A stretch of DNA of 64,000 nucleotides. Source: Candidatus Moraniibacteriota bacterium (GTDB lineage Bacteria; Patescibacteriota; Minisyncoccia; Moranbacterales; UBA2206). Shown here in pieces: positions 1-8,908 of this stretch. The DNA is taken from assembly GCA_030645735.1 (NCBI GenBank), contig JAUSNP010000006.1, positions 132,095-196,094 on the forward strand, read 5' to 3'. The translations under genes and the position numbers were made by a program. How positions within the stretch are numbered: the stretch's first letter is position 1; each line of letters starts with the position of its first letter. A model generated the notes under the pieces. It saw only the letters and a list, made by a program, of their open reading frames with translations, was not told where the DNA came from and made no database searches.

Positions 1-12
1 GATTTTTTTAAG

Positions 13-240
13 ATGGGGGAAAATATTCATATAAAACATGTTCGTGACTATATTGTTTTTTGTTCACAAAAAACCATCAATGATGTAAGAAGTTTCTTGA
101 TTGCCAAAGCGCCTGATGAATTCCAGAGCCGTGATAACAACAATCAAGAAATTATAAAATATCTAGTTTCACAAGCATTATTCTTATATTCATATCTGGC
201 TAAATCTTCCGTGCATCAACAAGAACAAGACAAGCAATAA
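13..240 (+). CDS. Hypothetical protein; the frame is open to the window edge, so this may be the 3' part of a longer gene
   Basis: ORF ending in a stop, followed by a bidirectional hairpin terminator; no recognisable motifs. Confidence 0.25.
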   Translation: MGENIHIKHVRDYIVFCSQKTINDVRSFLIAKAPDEFQSRDNNNQEIIKYLVSQALFLYSYLAKSSVHQQEQDKQ

Positions 241-276
241 AAAAATCCATCGCATTAAGCTAGATGGATTTTTTTA
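241..276. terminator. Bidirectional rho-independent terminator between convergent genes
   Basis: AAAAATCCATC-loop-GATGGATTTTT inverted repeat flanked by A/T runs. Confidence 0.6.
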
Positions 277-286
277 TGCGTCACTA

Positions 287-1114
287 TTATTTCACAAGCT
301 CATAATTCTTACTCTTCCAAACATCTAGACCGTCAGAAAGAGTGAGGGTATTGAAGACTCCCATATCAAACAATCGAACGCCGGCCTTGAAAGCCCACAA
401 TCCATCATTATCATAGAGCACGATTTTTTTGTTGGATGGAATTTCAGTGCGTTTCTTTTCTAAATCTTCTAGAAAAATGTTGACGGCACCTTTTATATGC
501 CCCTCATCGAACTGATTCTTTTTGCGCACATCAATGATAGTTAAATAATCACCCGCTTCCAACATTTCTTTCAATTTGTCTGTCTGGATGTAGGTGACTT
601 TTGATTGATCAATAAATGAATTTGGATCACCTGCGGAAACTGTTGAGTTGAAGCCTTCCTTCCAGCCATCAAAGCCTCCGTCTAAATAGGCTATATTTTT
701 AAATCCAGCATCAGTCAAGATTTTGACGATTGTGGCGATTGCTTCCACCGATGAATCATAATTGATAATGGTGTAATTTTTATCCTTATCCAGTGGCAAC
801 ATAGCATCCATAATAGTTGGCAAGGGCGTATTTTGTGAGTCCAGCAAATGCTCTTTGGCAAAATCATCCGCACCACGGACATCAATAAGAGTCAGATCGC
901 TTTGGCGATCCAGCATTTTTTTGACCAAATCACTGGCAGAAATTTTGGCGGCTTTTTTTATATTTTCGGCCGCAGCATTTTTAGGCGCCTCGCTGGCTTT
1001 CTTGGCAACATCCTGTGATTTGTTCAACCGAAAAAAGGCTAATCCAGCTATAAGAATAATCAATGCAAACCCAACGATTATGGCGACAAGATTGCTATTG
1101 TGATCTTTTCGCAT
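287..1114 (-). CDS. Membrane-anchored tandem rhodanese-domain sulfurtransferase
   Basis: N-terminal TM helix; two rhodanese-like segments (IDVRGADDFAKEHL and IDVRKKNQFDEGHIKGAVNI). Confidence 0.65.
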   Translation of the reverse strand: MRKDHNSNLVAIIVGFALIILIAGLAFFRLNKSQDVAKKASEAPKNAAAENIKKAAKISASDLVKKMLDRQSDLTLIDVRGADDFAKEHLLDSQNTPLPTIMDAMLPLDKDKNYTIINYDSSVEAIATIVKILTDAGFKNIAYLDGGFDGWKEGFNSTVSAGDPNSFIDQSKVTYIQTDKLKEMLEAGDYLTIIDVRKKNQFDEGHIKGAVNIFLEDLEKKRTEIPSNKKIVLYDNDGLWAFKAGVRLFDMGVFNTLTLSDGLDVWKSKNYELVK

Positions 1115-1118
1115 AGTG

Positions 1119-2069
1119 TTAATTTAAATCTAGAATACTGCCAACAAAATTTTTATAGCCATTGGAAAAATCAAGAATTTTTGTAGCAGGCCTACCTTCC
1201 AATTGTACTTCTTTAAGTTCAATCGCGCCAGAACCTGTTTGCGCAAAGATAGTATTATCAATTCGAAAAACTTCACCAATCTCATGCGCATCAAGATTAT
1301 CCATAGTAATTTCAATGACATTTAATTTCAAACGCTTGCCGTTCCAAGTCGTAAAAATTCCAGGCCAATTACAGAAAGCCCGATATTTGTTAAAAATAAT
1401 TTCAGCCGGGGCATTCCAATTGATCTGACCTTCTTCTTTGCGAATCATCTTACAGTATGACGCTTCATCACCGTTTTGTTTTTGCGGTTCAGCTTGGCCC
1501 GCAAGTAGTTTGGGTAAAGTTTCTAGGAGTAATTTCACCGATATGTTAGTCAGCTTTTTTTCTAGTTCGAAATAGGTTTCGTTGTCATCGATGGCAATTT
1601 GTTCTTGTTGCAAAATGTCACCCGTATCAATCCCAGCATCCATCAACATGATAGTCGTGCCGGTTATTTTTTCACCAGCTAGTAACGCGCTTTGAATGGG
1701 GGATGGGCCACGGAATTTTGGCAGGAGTGAAGGATGGATATTGACTGCGCCTAGCCTAGGCAAATCCAAAACGACCTGGGGCAAAATTTTGCCATAGGCG
1801 ATGAGCACAATCAGATCTGGATTTTGTTCACGTAATTTTTCAATGGCATCTTCGTCCAATCTCCTTGGATCAAAAACTGGAATAGAGTTTTTCTCCGCCA
1901 AGATTTTGACTGGTGATTTTTGTAAGACTTGTTTGCGTCCAACTTTCTTATCTGGCTGAGTATAGACGCCGACGACATTGTAGTTATCTTGAAGAAGCGC
2001 CTCAAGAATATTGGCTGAAATTTCAGGCGTGCCCATAAAGATAACTCGTAAATCTTTTTTGTCTAACAT
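1119..2069 (-). CDS. fmt: Methionyl-tRNA formyltransferase
   Basis: MGTPEIS N-terminus; NIHPSLLPKFRGPSPIQ signature of formyltransferase family. Confidence 0.9.
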   Translation of the reverse strand: MLDKKDLRVIFMGTPEISANILEALLQDNYNVVGVYTQPDKKVGRKQVLQKSPVKILAEKNSIPVFDPRRLDEDAIEKLREQNPDLIVLIAYGKILPQVVLDLPRLGAVNIHPSLLPKFRGPSPIQSALLAGEKITGTTIMLMDAGIDTGDILQQEQIAIDDNETYFELEKKLTNISVKLLLETLPKLLAGQAEPQKQNGDEASYCKMIRKEEGQINWNAPAEIIFNKYRAFCNWPGIFTTWNGKRLKLNVIEITMDNLDAHEIGEVFRIDNTIFAQTGSGAIELKEVQLEGRPATKILDFSNGYKNFVGSILDLN

Positions 2070-2225
2070 ATTTTTTTAATAACCAATAACCAAAATATAG
2101 GCGTTAAGTAAATTACAAAGACCAAGATACAATAACCAAATAAAATTCAAATTTCAAACATCAAACTACAAACCTTTGTTTATTGAATTTTGAGTATTGA
2201 TATTTGTTTGGTGCTTGTCTTTTGG

Positions 2226-2717
2226 TTATTGTTTCTTTTTTAGTATATCTTGTTTTTTGTTCTTTTGACGTAGTCTTACTTCTTTTTCGATATAAAGTTT
2301 TCCGTCCAAATGGTCAATTTCATGTTGTAACGCGCGAGATAAAAGACCTTCAGCCTTGATAGTGATCTCTTCGCCCAATTCATTTTGTGCTTTGACGCGA
2401 ACTTTTTTGGGTCGTTTGACCGGAATGAATTTTCCAGGGAATGATAAACAACCTTCCTCCCAAGTTTCTTGCAACCAAGATTTATATGTTACACGCGGAT
2501 TGATTAAAATGTAAGTTATGCCATCAACCTTGATTACGCACAGTCGTACTGATTTGCCGACTTGCGGAGCAGCCAAACCGACACCATTATTCAAATCCAT
2601 CGTTTCCAGCATATCTGCAATCAACTTTTTGATAGCAGGTTTTTTGACATCTAAAATCGGCTCAGTTTTTTTGAGAAGGATTGGGTCTGGATATTCGACT
2701 ATCTTTAGTTCAGCCAT
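2226..2717 (-). CDS. def: Peptide deformylase
   Basis: GVGLAAPQVG, EGCLSFPG and QHEIDHLDG motifs. Confidence 0.9.
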   Translation of the reverse strand: MAELKIVEYPDPILLKKTEPILDVKKPAIKKLIADMLETMDLNNGVGLAAPQVGKSVRLCVIKVDGITYILINPRVTYKSWLQETWEEGCLSFPGKFIPVKRPKKVRVKAQNELGEEITIKAEGLLSRALQHEIDHLDGKLYIEKEVRLRQKNKKQDILKKKQ

Positions 2718-2725
2718 GAAATTTT

Positions 2726-2913
2726 TAGAGTCTGTTTATAATCTCATGCCTAGATAAAATATTATAATTTCGTGCGAAAACCGTGAAAAGTGAGGAAGGC
2801 TATCGAGATAACCTGACGAGCTTTGAAGGGTTTGCAGCCGAAATTAGAATATTTTAGCAGGCAAGCAATATATTAGTTTTTAAAATAAGCGGTGAGATTA
2901 TAAACAGACTCTA
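2726..2913. repeat. Perfect 20-bp inverted repeat (TAGAGTCTGTTTATAATCTC / GAGATTATAAACAGACTCTA) bracketing the whole def-priA intergenic region
   Basis: The two arms are exact reverse complements, separated by 148 bp. Confidence 0.6.
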
Positions 2914-4920
2914 TATTATACTAATTGGGTCAACATCGATGAGCCAGCCAGTTGGCAAGGACTCGATGATAGTTTTGATTTCTGAGGGTAGTTCTTTATT
3001 TTTCAGTTTTATAATAATTTGTTCTCGATGTCGGCCACGCACATTGGCAATGAAAGATTTTTGCGGTTCTGAAATACCAATCTGTTCGCCAATGAATTTT
3101 TCTAGTGTTGCATAGAGTGTGCGAGTGGCAACAGAAACTTTCTTGGCATCATAGTCTTGGAAAACCAATTTGATCAATTTGCCGAAAGGCGGCAATGACA
3201 AATCTTTTCTGGCTTTGATTTCACGCGCAAAGAATTTTTCAAAATCGCGCTCAGCGGCGAAACGGAAAAGTTCCAAGTTTGGATTAAAGGTTTGAATAAT
3301 GACTACTCCACGGAATTTGGCATGCGGTCGATTGGATCGACCAGACACCTGCACGATATTTGAATATGCTCGATAATTCACGGAAAAATCAGGTATAGAA
3401 ACCATATTATCCGCGTCAATTATACCAATCAAAGCCATATTTGGCAAGTCCCAACCCTTGGTCAACATTTGCGTGCCAATTAAAATATCAATCTTGCCTT
3501 CGGCAAAATCATGGTAGGTTTTTTCTTGCGCGCCAGCTTCTTTCATAGTCTGTGAATCCATACGTCCAATTTTGGCCGAAGCAAACATCGAGGCCATTTC
3601 GCGTTCAATTTTTTGGGTACCTAATCCAATGTTTTGAAAAACTAAACTCTTGCATTTGGAGCAAGTGGGTGTGATAGAAGATTGAAAAGTGCAACTGACA
3701 CATTTATACACCCCGCTATTATCATAAATCAACGCCCGTTCACATTTCGGACAGCGTAAAACGGTTTTGCAACCAGCGCAGATAGAAAAACTACTCATGC
3801 CTTGGCGATTGATGAACAAAATTGTTTGCAAACCATTTTTCAAAGCATAGGCAATTTCACTGCGCAACTTGCGTGAGATGGGGGAATGATTTTTCTCCCA
3901 TTTTTCTTTTTTCAAATCCACAAGCAAAACTTCCGGTCCATCATAATCCTTTTTCGGTGCGCCAGGAATTTGCAGATGCGGAATTTCTACGAGTGCGAAT
4001 TCTTGATCAAGAGTTTTTTGAAAGGATTCAATGCTGGGTGTAGCGGAACCGAAAATGATTTTGCATTTGTGCAATTCAGATAATTTTTCGGCCACTGTGC
4101 GCGCATCATAGCGCGGATTCATATCCCATTGTTTGAAAGACATGTCTTGCTCTTCATCCACCACAATCAGCCCTAGTTTTTTGAAAGGCGCAAAAACCGC
4201 CATGCGGGTGCCGATGACAATTTTGATTTCACCTGATTTGATTTTCTGCCACTGCGTGAAAAATTCACCCTTGGAAACCTTGCTCGTCAACACGGCAATA
4301 TTTTCTCGCCCAAATTGCGCGCTATACCTCTCAATGGCTTGAGGTGTCAAAGTCAGTTCTGGTACCAAAATCAAAGTCTGCTCATTTTTCTTGAGCTTCT
4401 TGATACTTTCAATATAAACTTCAGTCTTGCCACTACCCGCTGGACCGAAAAGCAAAAAACGTGGAACGTGGAACGTGGAACGTGGAACCTCTTGTGCAAT
4501 TTTTTCTATGGCCAATACTTGTTCTTTAGTTAATATAATATTTTTTTCTAGTTTTGCGTTATACGTTTCGCGTTTCGCGTTTCGCGCTTTTACGCGTTTC
4601 GGCACAAAAGATTTCATCACAATGCCCAGTGGTGAGAAATAATACTCTGAAATAAATTGAGCTAATTTGATTTGTTTAGCCTCTAAAAAATTCTCTTCAA
4701 TTACACCCAAAATATTTTTTAATTCAATATTGCCCAAGCGTGCAAAGTCTGGTCGATACCCAGTCACAATGCCTTGTACCTTGCGATGAAAAAGTGGCAC
4801 CTCCACTAAAGATCCAGCTGGAATTTCAACATCGGACAAATACGAAAAAGACTGATTCCGCGATAGGGGAATCCTTGCAATCGGCACGACATCAACGATG
4901 ATTTTGGCAGATTTTTTCAT
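2911..4920 (-). CDS. priA: Primosomal protein N' (replication restart helicase PriA)
   Basis: Walker A FGPAGSGKTEVY, DEEQD box, Cys-rich zinc-binding insert (CAGCKTVLRCPKCE...CVSC), C-terminal helicase motifs. Confidence 0.85.
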   Translation of the reverse strand: MKKSAKIIVDVVPIARIPLSRNQSFSYLSDVEIPAGSLVEVPLFHRKVQGIVTGYRPDFARLGNIELKNILGVIEENFLEAKQIKLAQFISEYYFSPLGIVMKSFVPKRVKARNAKRETYNAKLEKNIILTKEQVLAIEKIAQEVPRSTFHVPRFLLFGPAGSGKTEVYIESIKKLKKNEQTLILVPELTLTPQAIERYSAQFGRENIAVLTSKVSKGEFFTQWQKIKSGEIKIVIGTRMAVFAPFKKLGLIVVDEEQDMSFKQWDMNPRYDARTVAEKLSELHKCKIIFGSATPSIESFQKTLDQEFALVEIPHLQIPGAPKKDYDGPEVLLVDLKKEKWEKNHSPISRKLRSEIAYALKNGLQTILFINRQGMSSFSICAGCKTVLRCPKCERALIYDNSGVYKCVSCTFQSSITPTCSKCKSLVFQNIGLGTQKIEREMASMFASAKIGRMDSQTMKEAGAQEKTYHDFAEGKIDILIGTQMLTKGWDLPNMALIGIIDADNMVSIPDFSVNYRAYSNIVQVSGRSNRPHAKFRGVVIIQTFNPNLELFRFAAERDFEKFFAREIKARKDLSLPPFGKLIKLVFQDYDAKKVSVATRTLYATLEKFIGEQIGISEPQKSFIANVRGRHREQIIIKLKNKELPSEIKTIIESLPTGWLIDVDPISII
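4459..4488. repeat. Tandem heptamer repeat (ACGTGGA)x4 inside priA, in-frame (encodes VPRSTFHVPRF)
   Basis: Direct reading of acgtggaacgtggaacgtggaacgtggaac. Confidence 0.8.
4553..4602. repeat. Tandem CGTTTCG-type heptamer repeat inside priA, in-frame (encodes KARNAKRETY)
   Basis: cgtttcgcgtttcgcgtttcgcg plus flanking degenerate units. Confidence 0.75.
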
Positions 4921-5072
4921 AGCTCCATTATACCAATCTTATGATTACTCCGCCAATTAGCATTAAACGAATCAATTTTTTAGTTGCATTGACCTTACAA
5001 TAGGATTACCATGAAATCATGAGTCAGTTGTTTTATTTATTAATATTCTAAAAACTGAGGCGGAGGCTGAAA

Positions 5073-5426
5073 ATGTTCAAAAAAATCGCAACATTGGAGA
5101 TTGATGGATGCGGTTTGATTTTCAGCCGCATAGTTTTAGACAGAGTTATCTTATTGGCATCTGGAATGCTACTAAGAAGATCGGGCAAAGGTGAGATTAG
5201 GAATGACTCTTGCCAAGGAATGCTCTCAACAATCTTTCAGAAAATGCCAATGGGTGGCACTGAATTCAATCTTGAATTAGAAATTCAAGGAAAAGTAACC
5301 ACATCAAAGCTTGGGCTGATTCGCGTAGCTACCAGAGAGGAGTTGGGTTCATACATATGGGCAGAATCTTGCTCAATGGAAAATTCCAACAGAAAGTCCT
5401 ATGCATTAATCTGGGACAGAAGATGA
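5073..5426 (+). CDS. Hypothetical protein
   Basis: GGAGG RBS 8 nt upstream of the ATG; own hairpin terminator downstream. Confidence 0.4.
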   Translation: MFKKIATLEIDGCGLIFSRIVLDRVILLASGMLLRRSGKGEIRNDSCQGMLSTIFQKMPMGGTEFNLELEIQGKVTTSKLGLIRVATREELGSYIWAESCSMENSNRKSYALIWDRR

Positions 5427-5448
5427 TCTATCTTTATAGTTTGCAGAT

Positions 5449-5483
5449 CAGGGAGTTGGATTTTTTCTAGCTCCCTGTTTTTA
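5449..5483 (+). terminator. Rho-independent terminator
   Basis: CAGGGAG-loop-CTCCCTG stem followed by TTTTTATT. Confidence 0.6.
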
Positions 5484-5524
5484 TTGCATCAAACCTTGCT
5501 TTTAGGCTCTGAATAGGCTAAAAT

Positions 5525-6073
5525 TTGAATATGAAACGAAAAATCTTTATTAATATCAATTTGCCGGATCGGACGAAAAAACGGCTAACTAGAGCCATCG
5601 AGAGATGGGCGGATTTGCCAGTGAAGTGGGTGCGAGAGGAAAATCGGCATGTTTCTTTGTTTTTCTTGGGTTTTGTGGATGACGATTCGACCTACGAAGT
5701 GTGCGAGGCGGTCACTCGAGCGGCGCAAACTGAGGAGATTTTTGACATTGAATTTGACACCATCAAATTCAGTCCATCGGCCGAAGATCCACGTATGGTT
5801 GTGGTGACTGGTCAGCCCAATGAAAATTTGCGCAACTTGGCCGAAAAAATTGAAAAAGAACTCGGCATTTTTTCCAGTTCCAAAAAAGAATTTCGTCCGC
5901 AAATCACTCTAGGCAAAGTTCGCAAAAATATGTGGAATGAGCTTGCAGAGAAGCCAGTAGTTGATAAAGAATATCCATTATTGGCTACGGTAGAGAGCGT
6001 AGATGTGATGGCCAGCAACTTTGAAGGTGATGACGCCGAATTTGCCATTATTGAAAGTTGCCAGTTAGCGTAG
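5525..6073 (+). CDS. 2H phosphoesterase / RNA 2',3'-cyclic phosphodiesterase (LigT/ThpR-like); second catalytic His replaced by Gln
   Basis: First H-x-S-x motif HVSLFFLG is present; second motif reads RPQITLGK instead of RPHITLG. Confidence 0.5.
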   Translation: MNMKRKIFININLPDRTKKRLTRAIERWADLPVKWVREENRHVSLFFLGFVDDDSTYEVCEAVTRAAQTEEIFDIEFDTIKFSPSAEDPRMVVVTGQPNENLRNLAEKIEKELGIFSSSKKEFRPQITLGKVRKNMWNELAEKPVVDKEYPLLATVESVDVMASNFEGDDAEFAIIESCQLA

Positions 6074-6106
6074 CAACTCGTAACTAGTAATTAGTAACTA
6101 GCAAAT

Positions 6107-6886
6107 ATGAGTAGTATTTTGGGAGTTACAATTGATAATTTTTCTAAACAAGAAATACTTCACAAAGTAGACACTTTTTTATTAGAAGACTGTTTCCATC
6201 AAATAGCCACAGTCAATCCGGAGTTTATTTTGCAAGCGCAAAAAGACGCAGAATTCAAAAGCATTCTGAATGCTTGTGATTTGCACGTAGCAGATGGGGT
6301 TGGTATTTGGTTTGCTTTTTTACGCTTCGGGAGCTTCTTGAAAAACAGAATGACTGGCATTGATTTGATGTCGGATATTTTGCGCATGGCCAATGAAAAA
6401 AAGTTGAAAGTTTTTCTGGTTAGCTATGCTGGCGCTTTGAGTTCGTGGGAAGAAACAAGGGATGCTATTGCGAAAATTTATCCTAATTTAGAAATTAATG
6501 GAGCAAATTTAAACACTGTCATTGCGAGGAGAGAAACGACGAAGCAATCTCATACTGATACACAAAAGTCTGGTGAGTCTAAAAAGGAGATTGCCACGCT
6601 CCTTTCAGTCGCTCGCAATGACATTGTGTTTTGCAATTTAGGAATGTCTAAACAAGAAAAATTCCTGCACTCGCTAAAAACCCTAGAAAATGCTAAAATA
6701 AAACTAACAATGGGAGTGGGTGGCAGCTTCGATTTCTTGACTGGTAAGCGCCAAAGAGCCCCAAAATTTTTGCAAAAAATCGGACTGGAATGGCTGTGGC
6801 GCTTTGTCCAAGAACCGAAATATCGCGCCAAAAGAATTTTTCACGCCGTGGTGATTTTTTCAATCAAAGTAATTTTTAATTTGTAA
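6107..6886 (+). CDS. WecG/TagA/CpsF-family glycosyltransferase (GT26) carrying a ~35-aa in-frame insertion of a palindromic element
   Basis: HQIATVNPEF, DGVGIWFA and LGMSKQEKF motifs typical of the family; the insert lies between them. Confidence 0.7.
   Translation: MSSILGVTIDNFSKQEILHKVDTFLLEDCFHQIATVNPEFILQAQKDAEFKSILNACDLHVADGVGIWFAFLRFGSFLKNRMTGIDLMSDILRMANEKKLKVFLVSYAGALSSWEETRDAIAKIYPNLEINGANLNTVIARRETTKQSHTDTQKSGESKKEIATLLSVARNDIVFCNLGMSKQEKFLHSLKTLENAKIKLTMGVGGSFDFLTGKRQRAPKFLQKIGLEWLWRFVQEPKYRAKRIFHAVVIFSIKVIFNL
6517..6623. mobile_element. Palindromic element family A, copy 1 (TGTCATTGCGAG...CTCGCAATGACA), inside a coding sequence
   Basis: 12-bp terminal inverted repeats; ~90 percent identical to the copy at 30528-30634 when reverse-complemented. 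Confidence 0.75.
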
Positions 6887-6887
6887 A

Positions 6888-6920
6888 TCGTTTTGCGTTC
6901 TACGCTTCACGATTTGCGCA
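6888..6920. repeat. CG-period-7 heptamer repeat (CGTTTTG CGTTCTA CGCTTCA CGATTTG CG) at the gene junction and N-terminus of the next ORF
   Basis: CG dinucleotide recurs exactly every 7 nt. Confidence 0.6.
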
Positions 6921-7333
6921 AATCTATGACACCGAAAACAAAGTTGATTCGTACAGTCTATCTGTACATCGCAGCTCTGGGTAGTTTGATTTTCGTAGCC
7001 AGCGGTACTGGTATGCTTATCAACACGGGTTTGAAATATTATGTTTTTCCCAAAGCTGAAAAAGGAGGATATAGTCAATGTAACCAACAACCCCCTGTTT
7101 ATGGTCTAGAGAAAAGTGGTTATGTTGCAATTTCCACAGCTGACCAAAAGATCCAATTGGAAAATCTTTTGAATGATTATGCGCAATGGAAACAAAATAA
7201 TACTGGCGAAGAATGCTATATTGCACAAAGACAATCCACAATCGTGGATGCTTTGACTATGATTGTCATTGCACTGCCAATTCTTTTGTTGCACTGGATA
7301 ATTATCAAAAAAGAAAAAGCTGAAAAAGAATAA
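6893..7333 (+). CDS. Hypothetical membrane protein (2 TM)
   Basis: ORF with hydrophobic segments; start uncertain (an alternative ATG lies at 6926). Confidence 0.35.
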   Translation: MRSTLHDLRKSMTPKTKLIRTVYLYIAALGSLIFVASGTGMLINTGLKYYVFPKAEKGGYSQCNQQPPVYGLEKSGYVAISTADQKIQLENLLNDYAQWKQNNTGEECYIAQRQSTIVDALTMIVIALPILLLHWIIIKKEKAEKE

Positions 7334-7413
7334 TATTATGATGCTTGGGATTATAATTATTTTTGTGATTTTCATCGCCGCCAGCGCCTGGATAATTTTT
7401 AGTAAAGATAACG

Positions 7414-7767
7414 GTGATAAGTAGTATACAGAAAATTTCAGGCATTGTTGTGAAAGGCAAGCAAAAAGGTCGTAAGTTGGGTTTTCCAACTGCCAATTTA
7501 GCATTAAACAATTCCACAATACAAAGCGGGGTTTATGTTGGCAAGGCTAATTTCGCTGGCGGAAAATATACGGCAGCAATTTTTGTACCAGATTCAGGTG
7601 ATTTACTTGAGGCGCATATTCTGGATTTTCAGGGTGATCTATATGGTCAGGAAATCGAAATTGAAATTGGCCAAAAAATTCGCGAAGTGATGAAATTTGA
7701 AAATAAAGCAGGTTTGATCAAACAAATATCAAAAGACCTATTACAAATCAGAAAGGCTAAGTCATAA
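7414..7767 (+). CDS. Riboflavin kinase (monofunctional; RibF C-terminal-domain type)
   Basis: GRKLGFPTANL motif; length fits a kinase domain only. Confidence 0.7.
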   Translation: MISSIQKISGIVVKGKQKGRKLGFPTANLALNNSTIQSGVYVGKANFAGGKYTAAIFVPDSGDLLEAHILDFQGDLYGQEIEIEIGQKIREVMKFENKAGLIKQISKDLLQIRKAKS

Positions 7768-7780
7768 TTCCAAAAATTTT

Positions 7781-8371
7781 ATGTTTACGGGTATTATTCA
7801 AAAAGTTTCTGTGGTAGAAAAAGTTTCGCGAAAAAATAACAGCCTTTTTGTGTCAGTGAAAATTCCAACCAAATGGAAAGTTTGGCAAGGTGAAAGCATT
7901 GCAATTGATGGAGTTTGTTCGACAGTCAAAAGTTTGACCAAAAAAGATTTCACGGTGGAATATATGCCAGAAACAATCCAAAAAACTATCGTGGGAAATT
8001 TCGCCAAAGGCACAGAAGTGAATTTGGAAAGAAGTCTCAAACTAAATGATTTGTTGGATGGTCACATAGTTCAAGGACATGTGGACACAACTGGTCAAAT
8101 CATGGAAATCAAGAAAGTTCAAGAATCCAAAGTTATCAAAATAAAAATTCCCAGCAGTTTTATGCGTTTGGTGGTGGACAAAGGTTCAGTGACCATCAAT
8201 GGTATCAGTCTAACAGTTGTTGTCACAGGCAAGAATTGGTTCACAATTTCTCTGGTCAGCTATACTTTAGAAAATACCAATCTGGGCACGATTGCGGTTG
8301 GTGATAGTGTGAATATTGAAACAGATGTTTTGGCAAAATATGTAGAAAAATTAATTAAGCATAGGAAATAA
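7781..8371 (+). CDS. ribE: Riboflavin synthase alpha subunit
   Basis: MFTGII N-terminus and two lumazine-binding repeats. Confidence 0.85.
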   Translation: MFTGIIQKVSVVEKVSRKNNSLFVSVKIPTKWKVWQGESIAIDGVCSTVKSLTKKDFTVEYMPETIQKTIVGNFAKGTEVNLERSLKLNDLLDGHIVQGHVDTTGQIMEIKKVQESKVIKIKIPSSFMRLVVDKGSVTINGISLTVVVTGKNWFTISLVSYTLENTNLGTIAVGDSVNIETDVLAKYVEKLIKHRK

Positions 8372-8375
8372 GACT

Positions 8376-8786
8376 ATGGCAAAAAATATCGCAATTATTC
8401 TGGGTTCTTTTCACAAGAATCAAGTGGAAGAAATGTTGGATGAAGCCAGGAAGACTGCCACTGAATTTGACTTGAACATTATTGAGGAGATTTGGGTGCC
8501 TGGGTCATATGAAAAACCATTGGTATTGAAAAGTCTATTGTCACGTAATGACGTGGCTGGAGCAGTAGTTTTGGGCATCATTGAAAAAGGCGAGACCAAG
8601 CACGGCTTGATTATGGCGCAAGCTGTGATGGGAAAAATTTTGGATTTGGAATTGGAATATATGAAACCAGTAGGCATTGGAATTTTGGGACCAGAAATTT
8701 TGCCAGAGCAGATTCCTGTCCGCTTGCGACCCTATGCCAATGCTGCAATCAAAGCCACTAAAAAAATGTTGGATATAGTGATGTAG
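8376..8786 (+). CDS. ribH: 6,7-dimethyl-8-ribityllumazine synthase
   Basis: IAIILGSFH...VPGSYEKP pattern; ~136 aa. Confidence 0.85.
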   Translation: MAKNIAIILGSFHKNQVEEMLDEARKTATEFDLNIIEEIWVPGSYEKPLVLKSLLSRNDVAGAVVLGIIEKGETKHGLIMAQAVMGKILDLELEYMKPVGIGILGPEILPEQIPVRLRPYANAAIKATKKMLDIVM

Positions 8787-8908
8787 ACGCGGATAATGAG
8801 ATAATAAAAAAAATATTAAAAAGAGCTTGATTTAGGTATTTAGATGTCTTTGATTTTTCCTGAAAAAGTGCTAAAATACAGAAGCTTTAGGATTAAAATA
8901 CAATATTT

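Noticed and set aside
4459-4602. Possibility that the heptamer runs or the 61800-61975 array are CRISPR arrays
   Set aside because: The units are 7-11 nt with no unique spacers, the arrays are short and degenerate, and no cas genes are present. The structure is wrong for CRISPR.
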